Part shown: positions 22,271 through 32,594 of the stretch, piece after piece | Position numbering within the stretch: the stretch's first letter is position 1 | How the letters are laid out: every line of letters begins with the position of its first letter | Source of the DNA: Deinococcus sp. | Lineage (GTDB): Bacteria; Deinococcota; Deinococci; Deinococcales; Deinococcaceae | Assembly: GCA_965261005.1 (NCBI GenBank) | Contig: OZ253375.1 | Location: forward strand, 1,344,001 to 1,408,000 | Reading direction: 5' to 3' | Length of the DNA: 64,000 bases | Program-made: the position numbers and the translations under genes | Notes under the pieces: generated by a model | Told to the model about the DNA's origin: nothing | Seen by the model: only the letters and a program-made list of their open reading frames with translations | Databases searched by the model: none

Positions 22271-22941
22271 GCGACCCGTTCCCAAGAGAGCCAGCACCGA
22301 CGGAACCAACACCGACGGAGCTGACCCTGGCGCTGCCCAAGGGGCGCCTGTTTGCCGAGAGCGTGGACCTGCTGCGCCGCGCCGGCTTGGAAGTGGAGGC
22401 GCCGGCGCACAGCCGCGCCCTGCGCCACAGCTTCGCCGGGCCGCGCGGCGGCGTGACCTTATTAGAACTGCGCAACACCGACGTGCCGATCTACGTGGAC
22501 CTCGGCGTGGCCGACCTCGGCGTGGTGGGCAAGGACGTGCTGCTGGAGGCCGGGCGCGACGTGTACGAACCGCTCGACCTGGGCCTGGGGCGCTGCCGGC
22601 TGTCCTTGATCCGCGAGGTGGGCGCCTCGGGGCCGGTGCTGCGGGTGGCCTCCAAGTACCCACGCTTGGCCGCGCGCTACCTGCGCGAGCGGGGCCTGGC
22701 CGCCGAGGTGGTCAGGCTCAGCGGCAACATCGAGCTGGCCGCCCTGACCGGCCTGGCCGACGCGGTGGTGGACATCGTCCAGAGCGGCGAGACGCTGCGC
22801 GCCAACCACTTGGAGGAGCTGGACGTGATGCTGCACTCCAGCGCCCGCCTGATCGTGAACCGCGCCGCCCTCAAGCTCAAGCGCGCCCGGCTGCGCCCGC
22901 TGATCGAGCGGCTGCGGGAAGTGCTGGAGGTGCAGACCTGA
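22267..22941 (+). CDS. hisG: ATP phosphoribosyltransferase, short form
   Basis: [42 protein letters not shown] start overlapping the hisZ stop. Confidence 0.95.
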   Translation: MSDPFPREPAPTEPTPTELTLALPKGRLFAESVDLLRRAGLEVEAPAHSRALRHSFAGPRGGVTLLELRNTDVPIYVDLGVADLGVVGKDVLLEAGRDVYEPLDLGLGRCRLSLIREVGASGPVLRVASKYPRLAARYLRERGLAAEVVRLSGNIELAALTGLADAVVDIVQSGETLRANHLEELDVMLHSSARLIVNRAALKLKRARLRPLIERLREVLEVQT

Positions 22942-22955
22942 ATTGGCAAGCATAC

Positions 22956-23921
22956 TTGGGCCGCCTCAGTCCGGACAGCGTGCGCGCGGCGGCCCGGCGC
23001 TGGGGCGAGGACGACGTACAGCTCATCAACGCCGGCTATAACCACGTCTACCGCGCGGGCGAAGTGTACCTGCGCTTCACGCACGAGGCTCTGCGCGACG
23101 CCGACTATCTAGCGCCGCCGCTCGATTTTCTGAGGCACCTGCACGCGGTGGGGGCGCCGGTGTGCGAACCGCTGCCCTCGCAACGTGGCCGCTGGACCGA
23201 GCGCGTCGAGCAAGCAGGGGACACCTTTCTGGTCACGGCCGTGCGCCGTGTGCCGGGAGAACGCCTCAGCACGCTGCCGGCGACGCCGGGGCTGTACCGG
23301 GCGTTCGGCCGTTCCGTCGGAGAACTGCACACGGCGGCAAGTCTGTACCGGCCCCCAATCTTGCCGCACATGATCGAACCGGGCCTGGGCGGCGTGTTCC
23401 CGACTTGGCGCTTGTTCTGGAACAGGGCCGAGCAGCAGGCCAAGCGAGATGACGTGATCGGAAACGCCTTCGCGCGGCTGACGCCCTGGGTGAACGCGGT
23501 GGGCGGCTTGCCGCAAGGCTGGCCGGACGGCGAAACGTATGAGCGCTCCGGCCTGACGCACGGCGACTTGCGGCCGGGCAACGCCATCTGGGACGGGCGG
23601 CGGGTGGTCATCATCGACTTCGACGAGCCGGTGCACGGCCCCTGGGCGCTGGACCTCGCCCGGGGCGTGTTGGAGCTAAGCCCCGTGCTGCGCGCCGCAT
23701 TACAGCCGCACTTCCTCGACGGCTACCGTGAGGTCCGGCTGGCCGACCCCGGCCAGCTCGCCGACTTCCCGCGCTTCCTGGCCGCCCGCGCCGCCCTGAT
23801 GGCCGCTTGGAGCTTGGAAGACGCCTCAGAAGGGCCGTTTCTCTCTGGGTCGGGCACGGGGGCGGTCGTGTCCCTGGGGCGGCTGCGGAAGCGTTTGGCG
23901 GCGGGCGAGTTCGGAAGTTGA
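22956..23921 (+). CDS. APH/homoserine-kinase-II-like phosphotransferase
   Basis: N.VYR, HGDLRPGN and IIDFDE motifs. Confidence 0.85.
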   Translation: MGRLSPDSVRAAARRWGEDDVQLINAGYNHVYRAGEVYLRFTHEALRDADYLAPPLDFLRHLHAVGAPVCEPLPSQRGRWTERVEQAGDTFLVTAVRRVPGERLSTLPATPGLYRAFGRSVGELHTAASLYRPPILPHMIEPGLGGVFPTWRLFWNRAEQQAKRDDVIGNAFARLTPWVNAVGGLPQGWPDGETYERSGLTHGDLRPGNAIWDGRRVVIIDFDEPVHGPWALDLARGVLELSPVLRAALQPHFLDGYREVRLADPGQLADFPRFLAARAALMAAWSLEDASEGPFLSGSGTGAVVSLGRLRKRLAAGEFGS

Positions 23922-23932
23922 CAGACAAAAGC

Positions 23933-24208
23933 TCAGTAGGTGGTGCCGCTGCGGCGCTCGACGTTGGTGACGTTGACATCTCTTCCGTTGACCTCGAAGA
24001 AAACTCGATACTCTCCAACCCGCAGCCTGTACTCGTTTCGGCGACCCTTGAGCTTGAGAATGTCGCCATTCCCGGTGAGGCACATCTGCTCAAGCGCGGT
24101 GAACAAGCGCCCAGCGTCTTTGTCGGATAGCTTATCAAGCTGCTTTGAGACCAGTTTGGGCAGCTGAAGCGTGTAGGGCGCTCCAGCCGGTGTGACCGGA
24201 GGGTTCAT
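23933..24208 (-). CDS. RelE/ParE family type II toxin
   Basis: KQLDKL, GDILKLKG, YRLRVGEYRVFF, V.RR motifs. Confidence 0.9.
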   Translation of the reverse strand: MNPPVTPAGAPYTLQLPKLVSKQLDKLSDKDAGRLFTALEQMCLTGNGDILKLKGRRNEYRLRVGEYRVFFEVNGRDVNVTNVERRSGTTY

Positions 24209-24492
24209 TCGGATTGATTGTTCTTGCTTCGGCGCACTTTGTATTCGGCCAAGGTTTCGACCTCACCCTGTACAATTTCCGCCTTGGCCCGCTCGATATT
24301 GCGCCGCGTTTCCTCGCTCAGCGGCTCGTCGTCCACGGGCGCGTTTTCCAGCAGGCGCTGAAGCCACAGTTTGTCCGCCTGGTCCACGCGCGGCAGCAGC
24401 TCGTCGAGGGCGGCCACGCGGCTGAGCTTGCGCGCACGGCGGTACGCCTCCAAACGTCCCCACAGGTCCTCGGGCAGTTCCAGCGTCTTCAT
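24205..24492 (-). CDS. Putative antitoxin of the RelE-like toxin
   Basis: Small protein upstream of and overlapping (ATGA) the toxin; RHH-like N-terminus, acidic DDEPLSEE segment. Confidence 0.75.
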   Translation of the reverse strand: MKTLELPEDLWGRLEAYRRARKLSRVAALDELLPRVDQADKLWLQRLLENAPVDDEPLSEETRRNIERAKAEIVQGEVETLAEYKVRRSKNNQSE

Positions 24493-24533
24493 GGGGACAG
24501 TCTAGCCCAGCGTGAATCAGCGAGAAGAAGCCC

Positions 24534-26033
24534 TCAGCGCCCGTGTTCGCGGGTCAGCTCTTCCAAGCGGCGCGCCAGCTGCGGGTCGAAGTCCCCCGTC
24601 ACGGCGCGCCAACTCCAGTTCTCTTCGCTCAAGCTGCCGGGCAGGTTCATGCGCCCCTCGCTGCCGAGGTTGAGCAGGTCTTGCAACGGCGCCACCGCCA
24701 GGGCGGCGCGCGAGGCCCAGGCCAGTTCGAGCAGCTGCCACGCGGCCGTCTCCCCCGTGATGTCCGGCAGGTAGGTCTTGACGTGCGCGCACACGTCCCC
24801 CGGCGCCTTTTGCCACCAGCCGCGGGTGGTGTCGTTGTCGTGAGTGCCGGTGTAGATCACCTGGTTCACGCGCAGGTTCTGCGGCAAAAAGGGGTTCTCG
24901 TCGCCGTCGTCGCTGGCAAAGGCGAACTGCAAGACGGCCATGCCGGGAAAGCCGAAATCGTCGCGCAGCGTCTCCACGTCGGGGGTGATCACGCCGAGGT
25001 CCTCGGCGATGATGGGCAGCTCCCCCAGGGCGCGCCGCACCGCCCCGAACAGCGCGTGGCCCGGCGCCGGCACCCAGCGGCCCCGCATGGCGTCCTTCGC
25101 CGGGTACGGCACTTCCCAGTAGGCCGCGAAGCCGCGAAAGTGGTCGATGCGGATCACGTCGTAGAGCTTGAGGCTGCCCCGAAAGCGGCGAATCCACCAA
25201 GCGAAGCCGTCGGCGCGCATGGCGTCCCAGTCGTACAGCGGATTGCCCCACAGCTGACCGGTCGCCGAGAAGTAGTCGGGCGGCACGCCCGCGACGGCGA
25301 GGGGCTGGCCCTGGGCGTCAAATAAAAACTGCTCCGGCTCGGCCCAAGCGTCGGCGGAGTCCAGCGCCACGAAGATGGGAATGTCGCCGATGACCTTGAC
25401 GCCCCGCTCTGAGGCGTAGCTTCTCAGGGCGCGCCACTGCCGGAAAAACAAAAACTGCACGAACTCGTTCAGGCGGATTTCGCGCGCCAAGAGGTCACGC
25501 CAGCGCGTCATGGCCGCCGCCTCGCGGGCGCGGATGTCGGGTTCCCAGGCATTCCAAGGCTGGCCGTCGTGCGCGCCCTTGAGGGCCATGAAGAGGGCGT
25601 AGTCGGCCAGCCAAGCGGCCTCCTCTTGCCGGAACGACTCGAATTCTTCTTTCAGGTCGGCGAAGTCCCCCGCCTCGAAGCGGTCGAAGGCGGCCCGCAG
25701 CACGGCGTTCCGCCAAGTGTACTGGAGGCCGAAGTCCACCCGGCGCGGCTCGAAGGCGGGGAGCTTGGCGAGGTCGTCCTCCAGAAGCAAGCCCTCCTCA
25801 CGCAAAGCGTCCAGCGAGATCAGATACGGGTTCCCAGCAAAGGCGCTGAAGGACTGGTAGGGGCTGTCGCCGTAGCCGGTGACGCCCAGAGGCATCACCT
25901 GCCAATAGCTTTGTCCGGCCGCCGCCAGCCAATCCACAAAGGCGCGGGCGTGTTCGCCGAGTTCCCCGACGCCGTAGGGGCCGGGCAGGGAGGTGGGGTG
26001 CAGCAGCACGCCGCCGGAGCGTTCAAAGGCCAT
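24534..26033 (-). CDS. malQ: 4-alpha-glucanotransferase (amylomaltase, GH77)
   Basis: LLHPTSLP, GDIPIFV, GQLWGNP, RIDHFRG, AEDLG, TGTHDNDT. Confidence 0.96.
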   Translation of the reverse strand: MAFERSGGVLLHPTSLPGPYGVGELGEHARAFVDWLAAAGQSYWQVMPLGVTGYGDSPYQSFSAFAGNPYLISLDALREEGLLLEDDLAKLPAFEPRRVDFGLQYTWRNAVLRAAFDRFEAGDFADLKEEFESFRQEEAAWLADYALFMALKGAHDGQPWNAWEPDIRAREAAAMTRWRDLLAREIRLNEFVQFLFFRQWRALRSYASERGVKVIGDIPIFVALDSADAWAEPEQFLFDAQGQPLAVAGVPPDYFSATGQLWGNPLYDWDAMRADGFAWWIRRFRGSLKLYDVIRIDHFRGFAAYWEVPYPAKDAMRGRWVPAPGHALFGAVRRALGELPIIAEDLGVITPDVETLRDDFGFPGMAVLQFAFASDDGDENPFLPQNLRVNQVIYTGTHDNDTTRGWWQKAPGDVCAHVKTYLPDITGETAAWQLLELAWASRAALAVAPLQDLLNLGSEGRMNLPGSLSEENWSWRAVTGDFDPQLARRLEELTREHGR

Positions 26034-26061
26034 AACGGGCGCAGTGTAGCAGGGCGGGCGC

Positions 26062-26952
26062 TCAGTAGCCCTTGTCGGTTTCCACCTTGTTGTCGAGGAA
26101 CTGGCCCGCCAGCAGCTTGTCCAGAAAGTCCTTGGTGAAGTCGGCCGCGCGGGAGAGCACGTCCCCCGTCGCCGAGGCGACGTGCGGCGTGATGACGACG
26201 TTGGGCAGCTTCCACAGCGGTGAATCGGCCGGCAAAGGTTCGGGGTCGGTCACGTCCAGGATGGCGCCGCCGAGCTGGCCGGCTTCGAGGGCCGCCACCA
26301 AGTCGGCGGTCACGACCAGCTCGCCGCGCCCGAAGTTGGCGAGCCAGGCGCCCTTTTTGAACTTCACCAGCATTGCAGTGTTCACGATGCCGGCCGTTTC
26401 CGGCGTGGCCGGCAACAGCAGCACCACGGCGTCGGCCCCGGCCAGCAGGGCGTCACGCTCCGCTGGCGGCGTCTGCGAGCGAACGCCGCTCACCCGCGCG
26501 CTCAGCGGCGCCAACATCCCCTCCAGCAGGCGCCCGATGTGCCCGAAGCCCCAGATGACGACGTGCCTATCCCGCCAGGTGAAGAGGTCACGCGGCCGGC
26601 CCCACTCCCCGCGCGCTTGAGCGTCACGCGCGAGGTGCAATCCCCGCGACACCGCCAGTAAGCCGGCCAGGGCGTGCTGGGCCACCGCGTCGTCGTGCAG
26701 CGCGGAGGCGTTGTAAAGGTCCACGCCAGGCGGCAAGTCAGGCAGCACGTGGTCCACGCCGGCCGTCAGGGTCAGCGCCCACTTGAGGCCCGGCACGGCG
26801 AACAGCTCGCGGCGGCGCTCCGCCGGGACGCCCCACAAGACCACGCCCCCCGCTTGTGCGGGCAGCGGCCCTTGTCTCGCGTAAGGGACGAAGGTGACGC
26901 CCGGCTCGCTCAGCCTTTCAAACGGTTCAGCTTTCGGGATCAGGATGTTCAC
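26062..26952 (-). CDS. D-2-hydroxyacid dehydrogenase family protein
   Basis: AGVD, GFGHIG, N.GRG, LDVTDPEPLP, ITPHVA. Confidence 0.92.
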   Translation of the reverse strand: MNILIPKAEPFERLSEPGVTFVPYARQGPLPAQAGGVVLWGVPAERRRELFAVPGLKWALTLTAGVDHVLPDLPPGVDLYNASALHDDAVAQHALAGLLAVSRGLHLARDAQARGEWGRPRDLFTWRDRHVVIWGFGHIGRLLEGMLAPLSARVSGVRSQTPPAERDALLAGADAVVLLLPATPETAGIVNTAMLVKFKKGAWLANFGRGELVVTADLVAALEAGQLGGAILDVTDPEPLPADSPLWKLPNVVITPHVASATGDVLSRAADFTKDFLDKLLAGQFLDNKVETDKGY

Positions 26953-27490
26953 TCAGCCACTCCTCTCTCACGGCGCGCATCAGCACGTCCACGCGGTCGC
27001 GCTTTTCCTCGCGGCCCACCTCGACAAAGCCCGCCGCCGCGAACGAACGCTGGGCGCGCTTGTTGTGCGAAAAGGTCCGCAGGCGCACGGACAGCAGCGG
27101 CGGCGACCTCAGGCGAAAGGCCCACTGAAGCGTCGCCCGCACCGCCTCGCGGCCGTAGCCGTGACCCCACAGCTCGCGCTCGCCGATCATGACGCCGAGG
27201 GTCGCTTCGCGCGGCTGGGCCGGCGCCGGCGGGCGCAGCTCGTATAGCTCCACGCTGCCGATAAAGCGTTCATTCTCGTCGAAGACGGCGAAGCCGAATC
27301 GCTCGCCGGCCCGCTCCTCGTCCAGCATCATGCGCTGAAACAGCCACTCGGGCAGCCGGATGGGCCGCGCCCCGTTCCAATCGGCCAGCTCACGGTCCTT
27401 GAAATAGTGGTAGAAGCGCCGCCACTGGGCCGGCGTCAGGTCGGTCAGTGGGCGCAACGCGACCCGCCCCCAGCGCGACAAGGCGCTCAA
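26927..27490 (-). CDS. GNAT (RimJ/L-like) acetyltransferase
   Basis: LRPL, WGHGYG, N.RA....AAGF. Confidence 0.85.
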   Translation of the reverse strand: MSALSRWGRVALRPLTDLTPAQWRRFYHYFKDRELADWNGARPIRLPEWLFQRMMLDEERAGERFGFAVFDENERFIGSVELYELRPPAPAQPREATLGVMIGERELWGHGYGREAVRATLQWAFRLRSPPLLSVRLRTFSHNKRAQRSFAAAGFVEVGREEKRDRVDVLMRAVREEWLSEHPDPES

Positions 27491-27537
27491 GCAAGGCTCC
27501 TGGCGGGCACGCTGGGATTCATCTTATCAGCCACACC

Positions 27538-29091
27538 TTACGTTCCCCCCGGCAGCGCCGGATCCACGAACACGGTCTTCTGCTGGGTGTAGAGCGCCTG
27601 GCCGGCCGGGGCGCCGCGCGGCTTCCAGACGTTCTTGACCTGGGTGTAGTCCACCGCGACGTTGCCGCCCCCGCGCGCCTTGGAATACTGCGCGGCCAAG
27701 GCGGCGGCCATCAGAATGTCGGGCAGCGGCAAATCGCGCCCCCCCGAGCGCACCAGCACATGGGAGCCGGGGTAGCCCTGCGCGTGAAACCAGTAATCGG
27801 TGCTGCGCGCGATTCGGCGGGTTATCAGGTCGTTTTCCTTGTTGTTGCGCCCCACCAGCACGTCGAGGCCGGAAGGACTCTTGAAGCGCAGACCGGCGGC
27901 GGGCTTGGCGCCGGCGGGCGAAATCAACTCGGCCTCCAGGCGGGTCAAGGTGGGCAAATCGGCGCCTTCGAGGTCGTCCAGCTGCCGCCGCGCCTCCTCC
28001 AGCTCGGCGCGCAGGGCGGGTTCGCGCTCCAGCAGGCGGGCATGGACTTCGAGGCGCCGCTTGGCGCGGGTGTAGAGCTTTTCAGCGTTCTGCACCGCGC
28101 TCAGCTGGGGTTCCAGTGGGATGACCTCGCTGCCCTGCCCGTCGAAGCGGGGCAGCTCGGCGCTGGCCGCGCCGGGGAACACCTGCCACTGGTAAGCCAG
28201 CAGCAAATCGGCCCATGCCCGCTCGCGCTCCGCCTCCAGGGCGCCGCGCCCCGCACGCTCCACGTCGCCGAGCTGGTTGCGGACCAGCGCCAGGCGTTTT
28301 TGCAGCGGCTCGCGCAGGCTCTTGCGCAGCGCCTCCGCCTTTTGCTCGCGCGCCCCTTCGCGCACATTCCCGGCGGCGGTTCCTTCCGCCACGCTGGGGT
28401 CCTCCACCAGCGAGCGCAGGGCCGCGAGTACTTGCGGCCAGCGCTCGCCGGGCGCCTCGGTGGGGTCCAAATTCGCGCGGCGCGCGAGTTCCGCCGACAG
28501 CGTCAGGCCCAGGCCGTCCACCTTGTCCTTCCAGCGAGAGAGCGGCAGACCATCCAGCGCGCGGGCGTCCCCCTCGGTCATGGCGCGCGGGTCGAGCTTG
28601 TCGTAGGGGGGCGGCGGGGTGTAGCGCCCGCCGGTGCGCACGACCCGGAAGCGGTTGCGCGTTCCCGTCACCTCGCGGGCGGCGGCCAGGATGCGGCCTT
28701 CCCAGCCCTCGCCATCTTCGAGCAGCAGCACATTGGCGTTGCGTCCGGTCAGCTCGAACAGCAGCCGCGCCGGGGGCACGTCCACGAAGCCGCCCTCGCC
28801 GCCGAAGTGCAGCTGCGCCACCCGGTCGAGCTTGAGCTGCTGGGCGCGCAGCAGTTCGCCCTTCACCCGCGCCGCCAGGGTGCGCTGAAAGGGGCTGCCC
28901 GGCTCGCCGGACAGCTTTTCGCGCGTGAGGTACAGCGCCGGACCCGGCGGGCGGTAGCTGAACACCAGGTTTCCCACGCCCTCCAGCAGCACGGCGGCGG
29001 TCGTCTCGTCAGGAAACACCCAGCCGGACGTGCGCGCGGGCAGCTGGGGCGCGAGACTTCTCAGGGTATGGGCGAGCAGCAGACCTTCCAC
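27538..29091 (-). CDS. rqcH: Ribosome quality control factor RqcH/Rqc2 (NFACT/FbpA family)
   Basis: [11 protein letters not shown], coiled coil, [26 protein letters not shown]. Confidence 0.92.
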   Translation of the reverse strand: MEGLLLAHTLRSLAPQLPARTSGWVFPDETTAAVLLEGVGNLVFSYRPPGPALYLTREKLSGEPGSPFQRTLAARVKGELLRAQQLKLDRVAQLHFGGEGGFVDVPPARLLFELTGRNANVLLLEDGEGWEGRILAAAREVTGTRNRFRVVRTGGRYTPPPPYDKLDPRAMTEGDARALDGLPLSRWKDKVDGLGLTLSAELARRANLDPTEAPGERWPQVLAALRSLVEDPSVAEGTAAGNVREGAREQKAEALRKSLREPLQKRLALVRNQLGDVERAGRGALEAERERAWADLLLAYQWQVFPGAASAELPRFDGQGSEVIPLEPQLSAVQNAEKLYTRAKRRLEVHARLLEREPALRAELEEARRQLDDLEGADLPTLTRLEAELISPAGAKPAAGLRFKSPSGLDVLVGRNNKENDLITRRIARSTDYWFHAQGYPGSHVLVRSGGRDLPLPDILMAAALAAQYSKARGGGNVAVDYTQVKNVWKPRGAPAGQALYTQQKTVFVDPALPGGT

Positions 29092-29126
29092 GGGGGCATT
29101 CTAGTGGCACGGCGTACAGTGAGGCC

Positions 29127-29228
29127 GTGACCGAATACCTCACCTCCCCCCCGCTCACCCAAAGCGAGCTGTCCGATCTGTGGCGCGACGGGCCGCGCGC
29201 CTTTGCGCCGACAGGAGAGCGAACATGA
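29127..29228 (+). CDS. 33-aa leaderless upstream ORF coupled to the amidase (possible gene remnant)
   Basis: TACAGT-6nt-GTG; MTEYLTSPPLTQSELSDLWRDGPRAFAPTGERT; its TGA overlaps ATG 29225. Confidence 0.45.
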   Translation: MTEYLTSPPLTQSELSDLWRDGPRAFAPTGERT

Positions 29229-30217
29229 GCGGGCACCATCACCTCGGGCACAACACCGTTCACACTTTCTGGGACCGCGCTTTGCCGCCCCAGCTGCGCG
29301 TCTCCCCCGGCGACCGCGTGACCTTCTCCACCCTGGACGCCTCCTTCGGCGGGGCCGCGCGCCGGGTCAAGAATGGTGAGGCGGCTGAACTGGACGCCGA
29401 GTTGGCCCAGGTCATTTCCGAGAGCGCTTATCCAGAGCGGCCCGCCAACGGTCCGCGCGGCCATCCCCTGACCGGCCCGGTGTACATAGAGGGGGCCGAG
29501 CCGGGCGACGTGCTGGTCATCGAGGTGCTGGACATTCAGACGGCCCCGTGGGGCTGGACCGCTTGCCGCCCGAACGGCATCGGCCTGCTGGACGCCGAGC
29601 TGACGGAAAGCGGCGCTCTATCGGAGCCGACCTGGCACTACTGGGATTTGCGCGAGAAGGACTTCGCCCCCTTTCGTCACGCGCGGGTTCCGCTGGCCCC
29701 CTTTTGCGGCGTGATGGGCCTGGCGCCTGCCGAGCCGGGGCCGCACCCCACCGCCCCGCCCCGACAGGTCGGCGGCAACATGGACGTGAGGCAATTGGTG
29801 GCCGGCAGCACGCTGTACTTGCCCGCCCAGGTACCGGGGGCGCTGTTTTCAGTCGGGGACGTGCACGCGGCGCAGGGGGACGGCGAGCTGTGCGGCACCG
29901 GCATCGAGACGGAGGCGACGGTGACGCTGCGCTTCGACGTGAAACGCGGCGCCCCCATCGCCAGCCCGCAGCTGAGCACGCCGGCCACCCCTGCGGGCGG
30001 CGCGCAGTTCGCCACCACCGGCCATCACCCCGACTTGATGGAAGCGGCCCGCAGCGCCACCCGCGAGATGCTGAACTACCTGCACCGCGAACACGGCCTG
30101 AGCTTGCTGGGCGCCTACCTGCTGTCGAGCGCCTGCGTGGACCTCAAGATCAGCCAGATCGTGGACGCGCCCAACTGGACGGTCAGCGCTTTTGTGCCGC
30201 TGGGCATCTTCGAGTAA
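29225..30217 (+). CDS. Acetamidase/formamidase family protein
   Basis: HPLTGP, GGNMD, GDVHAAQGDGE, QIVD.PN; AGGAG RBS. Confidence 0.93.
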   Translation: MSGHHHLGHNTVHTFWDRALPPQLRVSPGDRVTFSTLDASFGGAARRVKNGEAAELDAELAQVISESAYPERPANGPRGHPLTGPVYIEGAEPGDVLVIEVLDIQTAPWGWTACRPNGIGLLDAELTESGALSEPTWHYWDLREKDFAPFRHARVPLAPFCGVMGLAPAEPGPHPTAPPRQVGGNMDVRQLVAGSTLYLPAQVPGALFSVGDVHAAQGDGELCGTGIETEATVTLRFDVKRGAPIASPQLSTPATPAGGAQFATTGHHPDLMEAARSATREMLNYLHREHGLSLLGAYLLSSACVDLKISQIVDAPNWTVSAFVPLGIFE

Positions 30218-30220
30218 AAC

Positions 30221-30280
30221 ACCCCTCTCCCCTTGCGGGAGAGCGCGAAGCACCCGGAACGGAGGGGCCGGGGGTAGGGG
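30221..30280. repeat. REP-like GC-rich palindrome, copy 1
   Basis: CCCCTCTCCC-CTTGC-GGGAGAG...GGGGCCGGGGGTAGGGG; relatives at 34652, 36743 and 48620. Confidence 0.65.
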
Positions 30281-31612
30281 TCACTTCTGGTACAGCCGGT
30301 ACACCGTCCCACTGCCGTCGTCCGAGATCAGCAGGCTGCCGTCTGACATGGGCAGGGTGTCCACCGGGCGGCCCCACTGCTGCTTGGTGGCGGGGTCAGT
30401 CACCCAGCCGCTCACGAGGTCGGCCTCGTCGCCCAGCGTGCCGTTCGCCAGAAGCGGAAAAAAGACGACCTTGTAGCCGAAGGCTTTTGAGCAGTTCCAG
30501 CAGCCGTGCAGGCCCGTGGTCATGACGTTCTTGTAGGCGCCGGGGCCGCCCGTCCAAAAGGCCACGCCGAGGGGCGCCGAGTGGGCGTGAATGCCCTTGT
30601 CCACTCGGGTCGCCTTGGCCGTGCAGTCGAAGGTCTGCCCGTCCGGGTTGTTCTGCGCGTCGTGGTTGAAGGGCATGTCACTGAGGCCCGTCGCCGAATC
30701 GGGGTCGGGGTTGCAGTAGGGCCAGCCGTAGTTGGCGCCCTGCTTGACCTGAATGACCTCCTCGGGCGGATGGTCGTTCACGTAAGCCTGGATGACCTGG
30801 CCGTAGTCGTCCTTGCCGTCGTCGGTCAGGTCCTTGTGGAAGGGGTAGGCGATGTTGTCGCGGTTGTTGACCACCACCCAGAGCTTGTCGCTTCCGGGGG
30901 CAAAGGTCAGCCCCTCGGCATTGCGGATGCCCTGCGCGAACAGCGTGCCGGACGTTGCCGGCTGGTTCGTCTTGTTGGCGCTGTACACGTAGATGGCCGC
31001 GCGCTTGGGGTTCATCTGGAGGTCTTTCGGGTCCGCGTTCGAGGACGAGCCGATGGACACGTACAGCTGGTCGCCGTTCAAGGCGATGTTCTTGAGGGGA
31101 TGGTTGCCGCCCCCCGGCAGGCCGGTCACGACCACCTCGCGCCCCTGGCCCCCGGTGTCGCCCTTCGTGTAGAGGTAGCGGCCCACCTTGTCCTGCTCGG
31201 AGACGTACAGGTAGGTCTTGCCGCTCACCTCGTGAAAGACCAGGTCGTGCGGGCGGTTGAGGCCGCTGGCGAAGGTGAAGCTTTGCGGCGCCTGCCCCTC
31301 GCGCGGGCGCAGCAGCGTCACCTTGCCGTCGCCCGGCTGGGACACCAGCACGTCCCCGTTGGGGGCCACGGCCATAAAGCGCGCCCCGTCCACGCGGGCG
31401 AACACCGAGATGGCGAAGCCGGACGGCACCGTCAGCTTGCGGGCTTGGTCGAAGGGGGCGGCGTTCATGCCGTCCGGCACCTTCACGGTGACGGATTGGG
31501 AAGCGCCCGGAGCGCTTTGGGCGGCCTGACTCTGCGCCGCCTGACCGCAGGCGGCGAGGCCGAGAGCGGCCGTCAGCGCGACCGCGTGGGCGAGGGATTT
31601 TTTGGAGAGCAT
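30281..31612 (-). CDS. PQQ-dependent sugar/sorbosone dehydrogenase family lipoprotein
   Basis: Lipobox LAAC, GIRNAEG, NYGWPYC, AHSAPLG, GRPVD, SDD. Confidence 0.88.
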   Translation of the reverse strand: MLSKKSLAHAVALTAALGLAACGQAAQSQAAQSAPGASQSVTVKVPDGMNAAPFDQARKLTVPSGFAISVFARVDGARFMAVAPNGDVLVSQPGDGKVTLLRPREGQAPQSFTFASGLNRPHDLVFHEVSGKTYLYVSEQDKVGRYLYTKGDTGGQGREVVVTGLPGGGNHPLKNIALNGDQLYVSIGSSSNADPKDLQMNPKRAAIYVYSANKTNQPATSGTLFAQGIRNAEGLTFAPGSDKLWVVVNNRDNIAYPFHKDLTDDGKDDYGQVIQAYVNDHPPEEVIQVKQGANYGWPYCNPDPDSATGLSDMPFNHDAQNNPDGQTFDCTAKATRVDKGIHAHSAPLGVAFWTGGPGAYKNVMTTGLHGCWNCSKAFGYKVVFFPLLANGTLGDEADLVSGWVTDPATKQQWGRPVDTLPMSDGSLLISDDGSGTVYRLYQK

Positions 31613-31783
31613 GGCTTTAGGATGGACCAAACGTATGAAAATTTGACAGAGGAATCCTCAGCGCACGAAGCGACACTCCGACCTCCATTCCCGTTCCAGG
31701 ATGCCGCTCAGCTCAAAATGTGAGGTATTGGGGCAATCAGCAATACCAAACATTTGAGAAGCGCGCCTCAAAATGGCACCCTT

Positions 31784-32569
31784 CTACTTCATCGAGGTTG
31801 TAAACTCTTGCGCCGTGCATACCTCTTGGAAACGGCGGAGCGGTCTAACATGCCAAGTTCCCACACTCACGGCGCCACGATCACCAAAGCCGGTGCCGCT
31901 GGAAGTAGCATAAAGTTGGAAAACCTCTTGAAGCTCGAAGTATTCGGTGGCTTCTTGGAAAGCCTGTGGCCAGTTTCCACTCTGCTCGATAGTAATTTCA
32001 GGTAAACGTTCCAATGCCATTTTTTTGAGAGCATCCGGTAAGCCCGTATAATGACTGTCCAAAGCTCGCAAATTTTGTTGAACAGCGTTCCAGAATGTAT
32101 ATTGTTTCTCAAACTCTTTGACAATTTGAACAAAATTATCAAAATTCACGGTCGGACTGTTTGCGCCTATAACACCGGCAAGACGGGGTATGAGAGCCAC
32201 AAGTTCTTTAGGGGCTGTAGCTGTCGCCCCTTGCAACATATTCAACGGAATTGGCAAACGGTTCGGCGTTAATCCGCTGTGACAAAGGGGAACAACAGGG
32301 ATTCCTCGAACCCAACCCGCCCCAGCTTCAAAGTTAATCCAGGGGCGTGTGATGCTTGTAGGACTGCACAGCACAAACTCAATCACACATGTTTTCAGAG
32401 CTTCACTGATTTTATCGAGCCAATGATCCCCCGTGCGAATGCTGCCCTGGTCAGAGGAAACAAAGACCTCGAATAGGCCGAGAAAGGCGTCTTGGATAAC
32501 GTCTCTGAAAGCAAGCGCGATAGAACTTTCCTCTGTGATGTGAGAAATAAAGACGAGGGGCCTTGGCAT
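31784..32569 (-). CDS. TIR-domain protein (low GC)
   Basis: VFISH, G..W.DKI..AL, S..S..RPWINFEAG with the catalytic Glu; AT-rich codon usage unlike neighbours. Confidence 0.88.
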   Translation of the reverse strand: MPRPLVFISHITEESSIALAFRDVIQDAFLGLFEVFVSSDQGSIRTGDHWLDKISEALKTCVIEFVLCSPTSITRPWINFEAGAGWVRGIPVVPLCHSGLTPNRLPIPLNMLQGATATAPKELVALIPRLAGVIGANSPTVNFDNFVQIVKEFEKQYTFWNAVQQNLRALDSHYTGLPDALKKMALERLPEITIEQSGNWPQAFQEATEYFELQEVFQLYATSSGTGFGDRGAVSVGTWHVRPLRRFQEVCTAQEFTTSMK

Positions 32570-32594
32570 ATCGCCAGAATAATACCTGGGGCTG

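Noticed and set aside
31784..32569. Complete Thoeris, CBASS or Pycsar system
   Set aside because: No effector or cyclase partner in the neighbourhood
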